Positions 18,630 to 28,348 of a stretch of 57,471 bases of DNA are shown here, piece by piece. The stretch spans positions 1-57,471 of the forward strand of contig WJJI01000021.1 in assembly GCA_014729795.1 (NCBI GenBank). The letters run 5' to 3'. Both the position numbers and the translations under genes were made by a program. The DNA is from Candidatus Moraniibacteriota bacterium. GTDB lineage: Bacteria > Patescibacteriota > Minisyncoccia > CAIUEV01 > JAHKAQ01. The notes beneath the pieces were generated by a model, which saw only the letters and a list, made by a program, of their open reading frames with translations, was not told the origin of the DNA and did not search any database. The first letter of the stretch is position 1. The number at the start of each line of letters is the position of its first letter.

Positions 18630-21476
18630 ATGAAAACCAGGAGGAAAAGGCAATATATTAGCTGGGGGGTGATAAAGGTTTTTTTAGCGTTGGGTTTAGG
18701 TACTTTCGGTATTGGTTGCCAGCAGGCGCGAGCCGATATCGCGGCCGGTTATCAGGAATTTTTGATTCCGGGGCAAGAAGAAATATTATGGCAGGTTTTT
18801 ACAGGAATGGATAATGATCCGGTTTTGGTTGAAAGCCAGGGATTGCGTTCGGTGATTTCCGTAACCACCTCGTTGGATAATACGAAAATTTATTACGATC
18901 ATTGGGAAAATGGTTATACTTTTGACCCAACCGATCCGGAAAACACTAACGATGAAATCGCCTTTTTAAATCAAGGCGATTTTGTTGAATTTGAAAGCAA
19001 AAACGTACCGGTTAACCCAAGAGGAAACGATTTGTATTATGATGGCGGGGATAAAATATATATTGCAGGCGGTCCAATTTCTGTAAGTCGAGCCACTTGG
19101 CCGGAATCATTAGGAACGGTTTATGCTTTTTCTTGGGAGCTATATCCAACCCGGGCTTTGTTAACGGATTATAGCATCCCTTTTGGGGCAGATTTAGCGC
19201 AAGCGCCTTACAATTATGATGATTTTAATCGAACTTTTTTGTTGGTGCAGGCAATTGAAGATAATACGGCGGTTGAAATTGATGATCCAAACACAGCCGG
19301 AGTGGATATACAACAACAATTAAATCAAGGAGAGACAGTGTTGCTAACGGATAATAACGCCAACACCTCGGTTAGCGCCGACAAGTCGGTGCAAACTCAA
19401 ATATTGGTGGGGCAAACCCAGAGCAATATTAGTTCAGAAATCAGGGGGTTTACTGTTGTGCCAGACGGTCTGTGGAGCCGAGAATATTACGCGCCTTTAG
19501 GCGGATTTAGCAGCGCGGATTCTGATTTTTATATTTACAATCCAAATGATTATGACATCGATATTCAATATCAGGATTTAGATAAGCAAGGGACTTTTAC
19601 CATGGCGGCTAAAGAAACAGTCGCTTATTCGGATGCTACCGGCGTGGCGGTACCTACTAATACCTCGGTTTATTTTAGCAGCGATCATGTTTTTTGGGGG
19701 GTGGGTTCCGTGGACACTGAGGACTTTAATTATGATTGGGGTTTTAGTCTAATTCCCGATCACTTGTTGGCCAATGAGTATTTTTTAGGTTGGGCGCCAG
19801 GTTCTTCTGAAGATATTCCGAGCGTTAATGGCTCGCCTGTGTTTGTTACCGCCACAGAAGACGATACCGTTGTTTACGTTGACTACAGTCCAACCGATGG
19901 AGTTTATGATGAAAGTCATGTGATTAATAAATTAGAAACAAGGCGTTTTTTTGATCCGGATAATGAAAATTCCGGTATGCGTATTTGGTCTAACAATCCA
20001 GTTGTAGTGCTTTGGGGACAAGATCCAGACGCCAGCGATACGGGGACTCCGTATTTAGACTTGGGTTATCCGATGTTGCCTTTGCTGGATGATTGGTTGG
20101 ATTTGGTACTTAAACTGGATAAAAGCGTAAAACCAGAATCTTTATCACAAAAAGATGGGGCTCGAGCCGAGTTTTCGCTTAAAATCATGAGCTATAACTA
20201 TCCGGTTTTTAACATTAGAGCCAATGATGATTTACCAGAGGGTTGGCATTATATTGCCAACACCACTAAAGTTGAGTTCAGCGATGGTACGGTAATTGAT
20301 GATGCCAGTATTCGGCCAACAGTGACCGGATCGCATCTGGAATGGGATTTGGACATGGATTTGGGCATTGATGAGTACTTAACAATTACCTTTGAAGTCG
20401 AGCAAGACGAGACTACGCCAGACGGGTTTTCTCAAAACAATGCTCAAGCAGTGGGAAACCGATTAGCCGGAGCTCAGATATTTTCTCCAATCGCTACCGA
20501 GCATATTTTCTTGGCGCCGCTTGAAATTGACAAAAATATTCCGGATCCAGAAGTAGATCCGGGCGAATCGGTTTGGGTTGAGCTAGAAATAATAAACTAT
20601 GGAGATGATGACTATACCGGAGTGGAGATTTTCGATGAATTACCAGAAAATTTAACATTAGGCGAGATAATTATTATTGAAAACGGCGCGATAAAAACAT
20701 CGGATCAGGGCCCCAACAGTGGAGACACGGGCGATATAACTTGGGGGACATGGGACTTACCCAGCGGAACCGGCATTATTATTAAATATGAAGTTATGGT
20801 TCCCGAAGACGCGCAAGATGGAGAATATGAAACGGGCAGCGTTCAGGTTTATACAGACCAAACCGGTTTTATCGCGGATTTAATAGAAGCCGGAGATTCC
20901 CTGAAATTAATTATAAGAAAATTAATTCCTGGCGAGCCGACATCAGAACCTGATTCTGGGCGGCAAAATAATAATCCTGACGATGAGGGTGATGAAGATG
21001 ATCAGGATGACGAGGATGGAGAAGACGATGGAGACGAGGATGAGAATGATAAGGAGCAACCGGTTTATTACAACCAACAGGATAATCGTTATGTTGTGGT
21101 TGAGGATGAAAATGATCCGATTTATCAAATAATAAATCAAGGTCAAGATAATGATGAATCGCAAGAAGGGCAAACCATAAACCCGGATTTGGCTATACAA
21201 GAACAAGTTAGTCTTGAAGAAATAACCGAAAGGCAAAAGCATTTAGATGAACTTAATTCTGATAAAGATTGGTGGTTGAATTTGTTAAAAGCATTATTAG
21301 CGATTTTGGGCGGCAGCGGAGGCATGATGGTTTTTTTGGGTGTTAATTCCAATCCAATGGGCTTGGCTTTAGGCGAGCATAACATAAGTTTTAGTAAAAA
21401 AATTAATTTGGTTAAAAAACTAAGAGGTAGTTTTTATAAACCAAAGAATATTTCCATTAAAAATTGGCAGAAATAA
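18630..21476 (+). CDS. Large cell-surface protein with DUF11/CARDB-like repeat, acidic low-complexity region and C-terminal TM anchor
   Basis: Signal-like N-terminus VIKVFLALGLGTFGIGCQQARA. DUF11-like LEIDKNIPDPEVDPGESVWVELEIINYGDDDYTGVEIFDELPENL. D/E-rich DDEGDEDDQDDEDGEDDGDEDEND. Helix LLKALLAILGGSGGMMVFLGV. Confidence 0.6.
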   Translation: MKTRRKRQYISWGVIKVFLALGLGTFGIGCQQARADIAAGYQEFLIPGQEEILWQVFTGMDNDPVLVESQGLRSVISVTTSLDNTKIYYDHWENGYTFDPTDPENTNDEIAFLNQGDFVEFESKNVPVNPRGNDLYYDGGDKIYIAGGPISVSRATWPESLGTVYAFSWELYPTRALLTDYSIPFGADLAQAPYNYDDFNRTFLLVQAIEDNTAVEIDDPNTAGVDIQQQLNQGETVLLTDNNANTSVSADKSVQTQILVGQTQSNISSEIRGFTVVPDGLWSREYYAPLGGFSSADSDFYIYNPNDYDIDIQYQDLDKQGTFTMAAKETVAYSDATGVAVPTNTSVYFSSDHVFWGVGSVDTEDFNYDWGFSLIPDHLLANEYFLGWAPGSSEDIPSVNGSPVFVTATEDDTVVYVDYSPTDGVYDESHVINKLETRRFFDPDNENSGMRIWSNNPVVVLWGQDPDASDTGTPYLDLGYPMLPLLDDWLDLVLKLDKSVKPESLSQKDGARAEFSLKIMSYNYPVFNIRANDDLPEGWHYIANTTKVEFSDGTVIDDASIRPTVTGSHLEWDLDMDLGIDEYLTITFEVEQDETTPDGFSQNNAQAVGNRLAGAQIFSPIATEHIFLAPLEIDKNIPDPEVDPGESVWVELEIINYGDDDYTGVEIFDELPENLTLGEIIIIENGAIKTSDQGPNSGDTGDITWGTWDLPSGTGIIIKYEVMVPEDAQDGEYETGSVQVYTDQTGFIADLIEAGDSLKLIIRKLIPGEPTSEPDSGRQNNNPDDEGDEDDQDDEDGEDDGDEDENDKEQPVYYNQQDNRYVVVEDENDPIYQIINQGQDNDESQEGQTINPDLAIQEQVSLEEITERQKHLDELNSDKDWWLNLLKALLAILGGSGGMMVFLGVNSNPMGLALGEHNISFSKKINLVKKLRGSFYKPKNISIKNWQK

Positions 21477-21478
21477 AA

Positions 21479-22312
21479 ATGCAAATTAATACAAAGGCGC
21501 AAATAATTCAAGAATGTAAAAAAGCTCAAGATGAAAATTTAGAAGTGGCTTTGACCATTAGAAACGATCAGGGAAAAGAAGATGAACCCGCGGTTTTTCC
21601 TGAAGATATTGAAAAATACCAAGAAACTTTAAGGCAAATTATCAGAAAGTGCCGGCCAGCCATCGCGGCAATTGAATATAAAGAAACTTCCGATTTGTAT
21701 TATAAAAGCAAGGCGGAGTTATATAAAAAACAATTGGATTTAGCCTCGAAAATTGTACGCGAAGAAGGGGCTAAGGTGACTAATGGGGGTATGGAATGCG
21801 ATCTTTTGGTTTTATTGATTTATTATGATTTGCTTGAACAAGGCAAAAATTCTCAGGCCGAAGCTTTTAAAAACAGAGCTTTTGATCAAGTGAAAAAGCA
21901 TATGTTTAAGAGCGAAGCTTATCAAAAAACCATCAAACGTTTGTTGAAAAAAGCCCAGAATTACATGAGGGTTTATAAGTACGCGAATATCGATTACGTG
22001 AATTTGCATTGGAGCATAGACGATGCTCAGGTTTTTGAACAAGCGGTTGAATTTATTCGCAATAAAACCGATCGGGATGTGGTAACAACCGAGATTCGAC
22101 AACCCACTGACCCCAAAAAAGCCAAGCTCTTAATGAAAAAGGCCGCTCAATTGAAGTTGCCTTGCGTGGTGTGGTTTTTTGGTATCGAGGGGCCGGATAT
22201 CAGCTTTATTCAGAAAAAAGATGGAGATTTAAGCGATTTGAGTAAGAAATTTAAAAGATTTATACGCTTTCGTTTTATGGATAGACCGAGGCTGCGTAAT
22301 GAGAAAGTTTGA
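21479..22312 (+). CDS. Hypothetical protein
   Basis: The track ORF opens at a TTG (21464) inside the upstream gene. The first ATG is at 21479 (MQINTKAQIIQECKK). No recognisable motif. Confidence 0.45.
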   Translation: MQINTKAQIIQECKKAQDENLEVALTIRNDQGKEDEPAVFPEDIEKYQETLRQIIRKCRPAIAAIEYKETSDLYYKSKAELYKKQLDLASKIVREEGAKVTNGGMECDLLVLLIYYDLLEQGKNSQAEAFKNRAFDQVKKHMFKSEAYQKTIKRLLKKAQNYMRVYKYANIDYVNLHWSIDDAQVFEQAVEFIRNKTDRDVVTTEIRQPTDPKKAKLLMKKAAQLKLPCVVWFFGIEGPDISFIQKKDGDLSDLSKKFKRFIRFRFMDRPRLRNEKV

Positions 22313-22413
22313 TAATAAGAGGAAATCTTTTGGTTTTTTTATAAATGAGTTATAATTAATCAGGATAGTAAATTGTTTGGTTTTATGAAGTCCAAAAAAT
22401 CAATGATTATAAA

Positions 22414-22860
22414 ATGCCAAATAACAAAAAAAAACAAAAAAACAAGCAAGGCAAGGTTTTAATAATAGACGATGAAATGATGATCCGAGAGATGTATAAA
22501 GATATTTTAGAGGCGGAGAATTTAAAGGTTGATGTGGCCGCTAACGGTAAGGAGGGCTTGAACAAGCTTGATAAAAAAAATTATGACATGGTTCTTTTAG
22601 ATATTATGATGCCGGTCATGGACGGGATGACCATGTTGGCTAACTTGAAGGAAAAACCTCCCAAGAAGAAGCAAGGCGCTATCATGGTTTTGACTAACGC
22701 TAGTCCCGTTATGTTTGATGATATCCGTCACGCCTATGAAGGCAAAATGCCTGAAGAACGAAAGCCAGAAATTAAGCTTTTAGATTGTATTGTTAAATCC
22801 AGTATCAGTCCGCAACAGGTGGTGGAGAAAGTAAAACAAGCAATTAAGCAAAAGAGCTAA
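22414..22860 (+). CDS. Stand-alone response-regulator receiver (CheY-like) protein
   Basis: KVLIIDDEMMIREMY...YDMVLLDIMMPVMDGMTML...K, i.e. the DD / D / K receiver signature. No output domain. Confidence 0.8.
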   Translation: MPNNKKKQKNKQGKVLIIDDEMMIREMYKDILEAENLKVDVAANGKEGLNKLDKKNYDMVLLDIMMPVMDGMTMLANLKEKPPKKKQGAIMVLTNASPVMFDDIRHAYEGKMPEERKPEIKLLDCIVKSSISPQQVVEKVKQAIKQKS

Positions 22861-22881
22861 AAATTGGTTTTGGTTATATAA

Positions 22882-22998
22882 TTTAGATGTTTGGTAAACT
22901 TTAGAGAAAAGTTCGCGGGTTTTGTCAGGTATAATCAAGGCGCCTTATAAAAATCTCGTTTTTTTTTAGAAAAATTATCTAAGCGCGTAAGACATAAG
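22882..22998. repeat. Intergenic inverted-repeat element, copy C
   Basis: GTTTGGTAAACTTTAGAGAAAAGTTCGCGGGTTTTGTC...AAAAATTATCTAAGCGCGTAAGACATAAG. Collinear with copy D. The left arm is degenerate. Confidence 0.6.
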
Positions 22999-23214
22999 TT
23001 GTTTGAATCAGAAGGCGAGATTTGGATGGTGTTGCCACACCTTGAGCAGATTTTGATAATATTTGGGGTTTCGAGGAATAATACTCAAGATCGCAAGCGA
23101 TTAGATACTAAGCATTGAGTTGACTGGAGTAAAAAATAATGCTAAAAAAGCTTTGTTAGGATTAAATAAAGGCAACCGGATTTCTTGAGTAAGTTGCTTT
23201 AATATTATTTTTTT

Positions 23215-23532
23215 ATGTTGGCAGTTATTGAAAGCGGAGCAAAACAATATTTAGTTAAAGAAGGCGATAGAATCAAAGTGGAGAAATTATCTCATAAACA
23301 AGGAGAGGTTATTAATATTGAGAAAGTTTTGCTAGCCATGCAGGAACAAGGCGAGGAGGTTAAAATTGGTAAACCATTATTACAAGGGGCAAAAGTACAA
23401 GCTAAAATTATCAAACAAGGTAAAGGAAAAAAAATTCTTATTATGAAGCATCGACCCAAGAAAAGAGAGCAAACTAAAAAAGGCCATCGTCAACCTTATA
23501 CCGAGATTCAAATTGAAAAAATATCAGCTTAA
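23215..23532 (+). CDS. rplU: 50S ribosomal protein L21
   Basis: MLAVIESGAKQYLVKEGDRIKVEKL... and KKGHRQPYTEIQIEKI are typical of bL21. Confidence 0.9.
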   Translation: MLAVIESGAKQYLVKEGDRIKVEKLSHKQGEVINIEKVLLAMQEQGEEVKIGKPLLQGAKVQAKIIKQGKGKKILIMKHRPKKREQTKKGHRQPYTEIQIEKISA

Positions 23533-23542
23533 ACCTTTTTGA

Positions 23543-24142
23543 TTAGATTTTTTGTCTGGTTTGGAAAGAAGCCTTAAGAGAATGTGGATCGGCGTATTCA
23601 AGTTCGGTGCCGGTCGCCACGCCTCGGTTAATCCGAGTCGTTTTTAGTTTGGGGAAATTTTTTAGAATATCAACCAGTAAAGAAGCGGTTAAGTCTCCGG
23701 CTGTAGTTGGATTGGTGGCGATAATTACCTCGGTGGGTTTTTCTTTTTTGACTCTTTGAGCCAGCTCTTTGATTTTGAGATTATGAGTGTTATCTTTTTG
23801 ACCGATTTTAATTACGCCGCCGAGTACGTGATAGAAACCCTGATATATTTTTTTGTTTTCAATAGCCATGAGATCTAAAATGTTTTCAACAACACAAATG
23901 GTTTTTGAATCTCGCTCGGAATCAGAACAAATATGACAAAGATCCTGGTCGCTAAGATTGTGACAGCGAAGGCAGAGTTGGTTGGCGCTTAAATTAGCTA
24001 TTGAGCGAGCCAAAGCTTGTAAATCGCTTTTAGAGTACCGGATTAAATGAAGCACAAGACGCTCGGCCATGCGAGGACCAATTGCCGGGAGTTGGGAAAT
24101 ATGCTCAACAGCGGTTTGGAAATTTTTAGGCAAATAATACAT
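23543..24142 (-). CDS. recR: Recombination protein RecR
   Basis: LPAIGPRMAERLVLHL helix-hairpin-helix, a C4 zinc finger (CLRCHNLSDQDLCHIC) and a Toprim region. Confidence 0.9.
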   Translation of the reverse strand: MYYLPKNFQTAVEHISQLPAIGPRMAERLVLHLIRYSKSDLQALARSIANLSANQLCLRCHNLSDQDLCHICSDSERDSKTICVVENILDLMAIENKKIYQGFYHVLGGVIKIGQKDNTHNLKIKELAQRVKKEKPTEVIIATNPTTAGDLTASLLVDILKNFPKLKTTRINRGVATGTELEYADPHSLKASFQTRQKI

Positions 24143-24277
24143 GAGATAGTTGACTATTTAGAGTGTTTGCTATAGTATCTACACACATAAGCGATCATGG
24201 TCTTTAGTTTTGAAAAAGCATTAATTAATAGCCAGAAAGATAATCTTTTTATCTAAATTTATTAAAGATAACATTTT

Positions 24278-24859
24278 ATGGTAATTATCAGATTAAAGCG
24301 AACCGGTAAAAAAAACAAGCCCCATTATCGAATGGTGGCCCAGGATAAAGACCGGGCGGTAAGCGGTAAGTTTTTGGATATTTTAGGCTGGATTGATCCG
24401 CATCAGAAAAAGCGCGGATTCAACAAGGAAAAAATTGAGTATTGGCTGGGAGTTGGAGCCCAGATGAGCGATACCGCTTATAATTACTTGGTAGAAGACG
24501 GTATTATTAAGGGAAAGAAGAGAAAAATAAGAATCAGAACCACGAGAAATAAAAAAACGGAAGGAGAAGAAAAAACAGCTCAAGAGCGACAACAAGAAAC
24601 CAAGGAAAAAACCGAGACCGCAGCGGCCGAACAAGACAAGTCAGCCGAACCCAAAAATGACCAGGCAAAAACAACGGAAGAAAATCATGAAGAAAAGAAA
24701 AATGACGTAAAATCTCAAGGACAGGAATCTCAAGAGAAAGAATCAGAGGACCAAGAAAAGCAACAAGAACAGCCCGAACAAGCCAAACAGGATAAAGCCA
24801 GCCAACAAGAACAAAAACCAAAAAAACAAGAAGAAGAAAAAACCGAGACCAAGAAATAA
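24278..24859 (+). CDS. rpsP: 30S ribosomal protein S16 with a roughly 110-aa K/E/Q-rich C-terminal extension
   Basis: MVIIRLKRTGKKNKPHYRMVAQDKDRAVSGKFLDILGWIDPH is the bS16 core. The remainder is a low-complexity charged tail. Confidence 0.9.
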   Translation: MVIIRLKRTGKKNKPHYRMVAQDKDRAVSGKFLDILGWIDPHQKKRGFNKEKIEYWLGVGAQMSDTAYNYLVEDGIIKGKKRKIRIRTTRNKKTEGEEKTAQERQQETKEKTETAAAEQDKSAEPKNDQAKTTEENHEEKKNDVKSQGQESQEKESEDQEKQQEQPEQAKQDKASQQEQKPKKQEEEKTETKK

Positions 24860-24881
24860 AAAACAAAATTAAACCGGTTTA

Positions 24882-26369
24882 TTATTTTACGAGTTTTTGA
24901 ATAATATTAATAGCGGTTTTTGGATCGGCTTTACCTTGGGTTTTAGCCATGACTTGGCCGATTAAGAATTGTAAACTTTTTTGTTTGCCTGCTTTTAGAT
25001 CATTAGCGGCTTGAGGATTTTCTTGGATTACCTTGGAAACGACAGACCCCAGCTCCTTAGAGTCTTTTTGAATCGCAAGGTTTTTTTGTTTAATTATTTG
25101 AGAAGGGTCGCCACCGGTTTGGAACATATTTTTAAGCACAGTTTGAGCGGCTGAGGAATTGATTTGTTTTTTATAAACAATGATCATGAGCTCGGCAAAG
25201 TTTTCCGGGGTTATTTTGATTTGATCAAAACCAACCAAAGTTTTTTGAGTTAAGCGGATTAGTTCAGTGGTAAGGTAATTAGCGGTTAATTTGATAACCT
25301 TGGGTGTTTGTTGGGAATCAATCCGGTCATCGGTTTTGACCCAACTTTTAATTTCAGAAATTGTGTTTTCAAAAAAATTGGCGCAGGTTAAGTCTTGAGT
25401 GATGATTTTGGCGGTTTCTTGATTTAGACCAAAATTTTTGGTAAAACGTTTGATTTTATCCGTTGGTAATTCCACGATTGAATTTTTAATTTTTGCTAAT
25501 AAACCGTCAGTAATATTGATTGGCGGTAAGTCCGGTTCGGGAAAGTAACGATAATCTTGAGCCTGCTCCTTGCTTCTTTGAGAAATCGTGATTTGTTTTT
25601 CCGCATCCCAACCACGAGTTTCCTGTTTAATTTTTTTACCTTGTTCCAATAAACCGGTTTGGCGTTTGATTTCATATTCAATGCTTTTTTTTACGCCGCG
25701 AAAGGAGTTGATATTTTTTACCTCCACTTTAACTCCTGATTTTTGATTATTGCTCAGACTGATATTGACTTCACAGCGCATCTGGCCTTTTTCCATGTCC
25801 GCGTCAGAGATTTTTAAGTAACGGAATATTTGTTGTAAATTTTGACAAAAAGCGGCTGCTTGTTCTTGATCTTGCAAAACAGGTTCGGTTACTAACTCTA
25901 TTAATGGGGCGCCGGCGCGATTAAAATCAATAAGCGAATAGTCGGAGTTTTCCGGGTGTAAATCTTTGCCCGCGTCTTCTTCCAGGTGGAGGCGATTAAT
26001 TAAAACTTTTTTGGTTTGAGGTTTTTGATTATAATCAAGATACTCAATCATAAGAAATCCTTGATAACAAAGAGGGGTATTGTTTTGAGTGAGTTGATAA
26101 CCCTTAGGCAAGTCCGGGTAAAAATAATGCTTGCGATCCCAGTGAACTCGGCGATTAATTTGGCAATTAAGCGCTAGCCCGGCTTTGATGATAGCTTTGA
26201 CGGCTTGTTGATTGATGGCGGGCAAGGTACCGGGGTGGCCAACGCAGATTTCGCAGATGTTTTGGTTGGGTTTGGTTTGGTCAAAGCGGTTGGGGCAGCG
26301 GCAAAACATTTTACTCTTGGTTTTGGGTTGGATGTGGATTTCCATACCAATTTTAGGTTGATAGGGCAT
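24882..26369 (-). CDS. gatB: Asp/Glu-tRNA amidotransferase subunit B
   Basis: IGMEIHIQ...SKMFC, CEICVGHPGTLP, and a YqeY-like C-terminal tail. 495 aa. Confidence 0.92.
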   Translation of the reverse strand: MPYQPKIGMEIHIQPKTKSKMFCRCPNRFDQTKPNQNICEICVGHPGTLPAINQQAVKAIIKAGLALNCQINRRVHWDRKHYFYPDLPKGYQLTQNNTPLCYQGFLMIEYLDYNQKPQTKKVLINRLHLEEDAGKDLHPENSDYSLIDFNRAGAPLIELVTEPVLQDQEQAAAFCQNLQQIFRYLKISDADMEKGQMRCEVNISLSNNQKSGVKVEVKNINSFRGVKKSIEYEIKRQTGLLEQGKKIKQETRGWDAEKQITISQRSKEQAQDYRYFPEPDLPPINITDGLLAKIKNSIVELPTDKIKRFTKNFGLNQETAKIITQDLTCANFFENTISEIKSWVKTDDRIDSQQTPKVIKLTANYLTTELIRLTQKTLVGFDQIKITPENFAELMIIVYKKQINSSAAQTVLKNMFQTGGDPSQIIKQKNLAIQKDSKELGSVVSKVIQENPQAANDLKAGKQKSLQFLIGQVMAKTQGKADPKTAINIIQKLVK

Positions 26370-26594
26370 GAAAAAAACCTTAAAAAATTAAATTTTATAA
26401 TTTCCAGGATCATTGAATTAACAAAACATAATAAGCTTAGCAGTTGGTTAAGGAAAAATCAATTTTTGCCAAGAGATTGATTTTTAAGTAGAATTTGACA
26501 AATGACAAGCAGAGATTAGTTTCCTGATCAAAACTTTTTGTTTAGAGCCTAGTGGAACGATGCGGAAATAATTATAATTAAGAATAAATTTTTT

Positions 26595-28313
26595 ATGATT
26601 AAAAATGTAGGAGAACACAACAATGGTAGAGAATCGCCAATCAAGAGATCAAGAGAACAAAAATTAATGGAAAAATATGAAAAAGTGGCACAGAAAATTG
26701 AAATTATCAAAAGTCTTCAGAAATTAATAAAAAAACATGCTGATGAAGATAGTGAAGCTTTTTCAGAGATTATTGAAAAGGAAATAACAAAGATAATGAC
26801 AAGCCAACCACCAGGGCTTTATTCTCGGAGAAGGAGATTAAAAAAAATTAACTCAAGAATTAATTTAATTAATGAAGTCTTATTAAGGCTCGGTGTAGAT
26901 AATATTGAAGAAGAAGAAAACTTGCATTTAGAGTTAAATCAATTAAAACAAGAGATGAGACTATATAACGATTGTAAGGATGATATATTATTTTTTAACC
27001 GAATTCAAGATTTCAGCACCAATATTAAGTCCAAACACGAAAAATATCATTCGCTTAAGGGAATTAGAAAAAGCAATATAGCGGCGGTAATTCGTGAATA
27101 TTTTAATGCAGACCCCGAGTATTTTAATGTTCTTATGATAGAGGATATTGTTTGCTCTAATTTAAGCATAAATGTAATTATACAACCGGAAGCATTTGAT
27201 AGATTAATCAACAAAGAAGGTGGGAAAATTTCCGGCGTTCATATATCAGGGAGCGTTATAAATGTTATTAAGAATAATAATACTCACGAAGATTTAATAG
27301 CTTTAATAACTCATGAGAGCAACCATAATATTGCGGAAGCTTTTTTAAGCGAGGCAGATCGACATGGTTATTCAGGTGAGGATTTATATCAAGAGCTGGG
27401 AGATTTAGTTAATTTACATAATCAATATATAAAAAATGATAAAACCAAGATGGTTTTTAGAGAAGATATTAAACTAATATTTAATGGTTTATTTAGCGCA
27501 AATCTCAATGAATTACTTGCCGACCTTGATAATATAAAGAAAGGAAAGATCTATACGTATTTTGTTTCTATTGCTGAATTTTTAGACAAATATTATCAAT
27601 TAGTTGATACGATTTCAGATGAAGGATTAAAAGATTTTTTATTGAACATTGTCGGGAATTTTGAAGATAAGTTTGCAAATTTGCTTAATAAAATTGGATT
27701 TGTGGTTGATTATTCATTGAGCAATCAACTTAATGACCAAGATGACCAAGATAATTTTGAGAAAGTTAGAGCATTGTTTGTTTTGTTTGGAAGTAAACAT
27801 TTTCGAAGGATAGAAAGACATATTAGACACGGTGATTCAGAAGGTTATGATTTAATAAAACACTTTGCTTTTATAAAAAATAATCATGGTTATTTTGAAA
27901 CAATTTTTGAATTATATCAGAAAAGAGAGCGAAATGGTTTTGGCCGTATTGGTTCTGATTATTTACTTAAGAAAATCGCGGAACCACAAAATTTATTAGT
28001 TGATTTTTTTGACTTAGAGAAACTGAAGCGAATTGGAGATATTTTAAACAAAAAGGAAAATGTTGATAGGCTTGAAAAATATTTTGGCGGGAGAGATCAA
28101 CTTATGAAATCCATTAAGGAAATATTAGGTAGGTTTGATGGTTTTAAGCAAGTGTTGGGAAAATATCCTTATTTACAAAAAATAAAGAATATTACCGAGT
28201 TAAATCAAGTTATGAATTCAATATTGAACAGCTTGGGTTGTATGGAAACACAAGATTTTATTAATCAAAAAGCGCTTCCGGCTTTTAAGCGGTTAGAGGC
28301 AAACAAACAATAA
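26595..28313 (+). CDS. Hypothetical protein with an HExxH motif
   Basis: 572 aa with an N-terminal coiled-coil-like region and LITHESNHNIAEAF (H-E-x-x-H). No signal peptide or TM helix. Lower GC than the flanking genes. Confidence 0.45.
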   Translation: MIKNVGEHNNGRESPIKRSREQKLMEKYEKVAQKIEIIKSLQKLIKKHADEDSEAFSEIIEKEITKIMTSQPPGLYSRRRRLKKINSRINLINEVLLRLGVDNIEEEENLHLELNQLKQEMRLYNDCKDDILFFNRIQDFSTNIKSKHEKYHSLKGIRKSNIAAVIREYFNADPEYFNVLMIEDIVCSNLSINVIIQPEAFDRLINKEGGKISGVHISGSVINVIKNNNTHEDLIALITHESNHNIAEAFLSEADRHGYSGEDLYQELGDLVNLHNQYIKNDKTKMVFREDIKLIFNGLFSANLNELLADLDNIKKGKIYTYFVSIAEFLDKYYQLVDTISDEGLKDFLLNIVGNFEDKFANLLNKIGFVVDYSLSNQLNDQDDQDNFEKVRALFVLFGSKHFRRIERHIRHGDSEGYDLIKHFAFIKNNHGYFETIFELYQKRERNGFGRIGSDYLLKKIAEPQNLLVDFFDLEKLKRIGDILNKKENVDRLEKYFGGRDQLMKSIKEILGRFDGFKQVLGKYPYLQKIKNITELNQVMNSILNSLGCMETQDFINQKALPAFKRLEANKQ

Positions 28314-28348
28314 GTTTTATAATAATTATTAAAGTAAGAGAAAGCGTT

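Noticed and set aside
24383-24866. Two minus-strand ORFs (83 and 110 aa) opposite rpsP
   Set aside because: They are antisense shadows of the low-complexity K/E-coding tail of S16.
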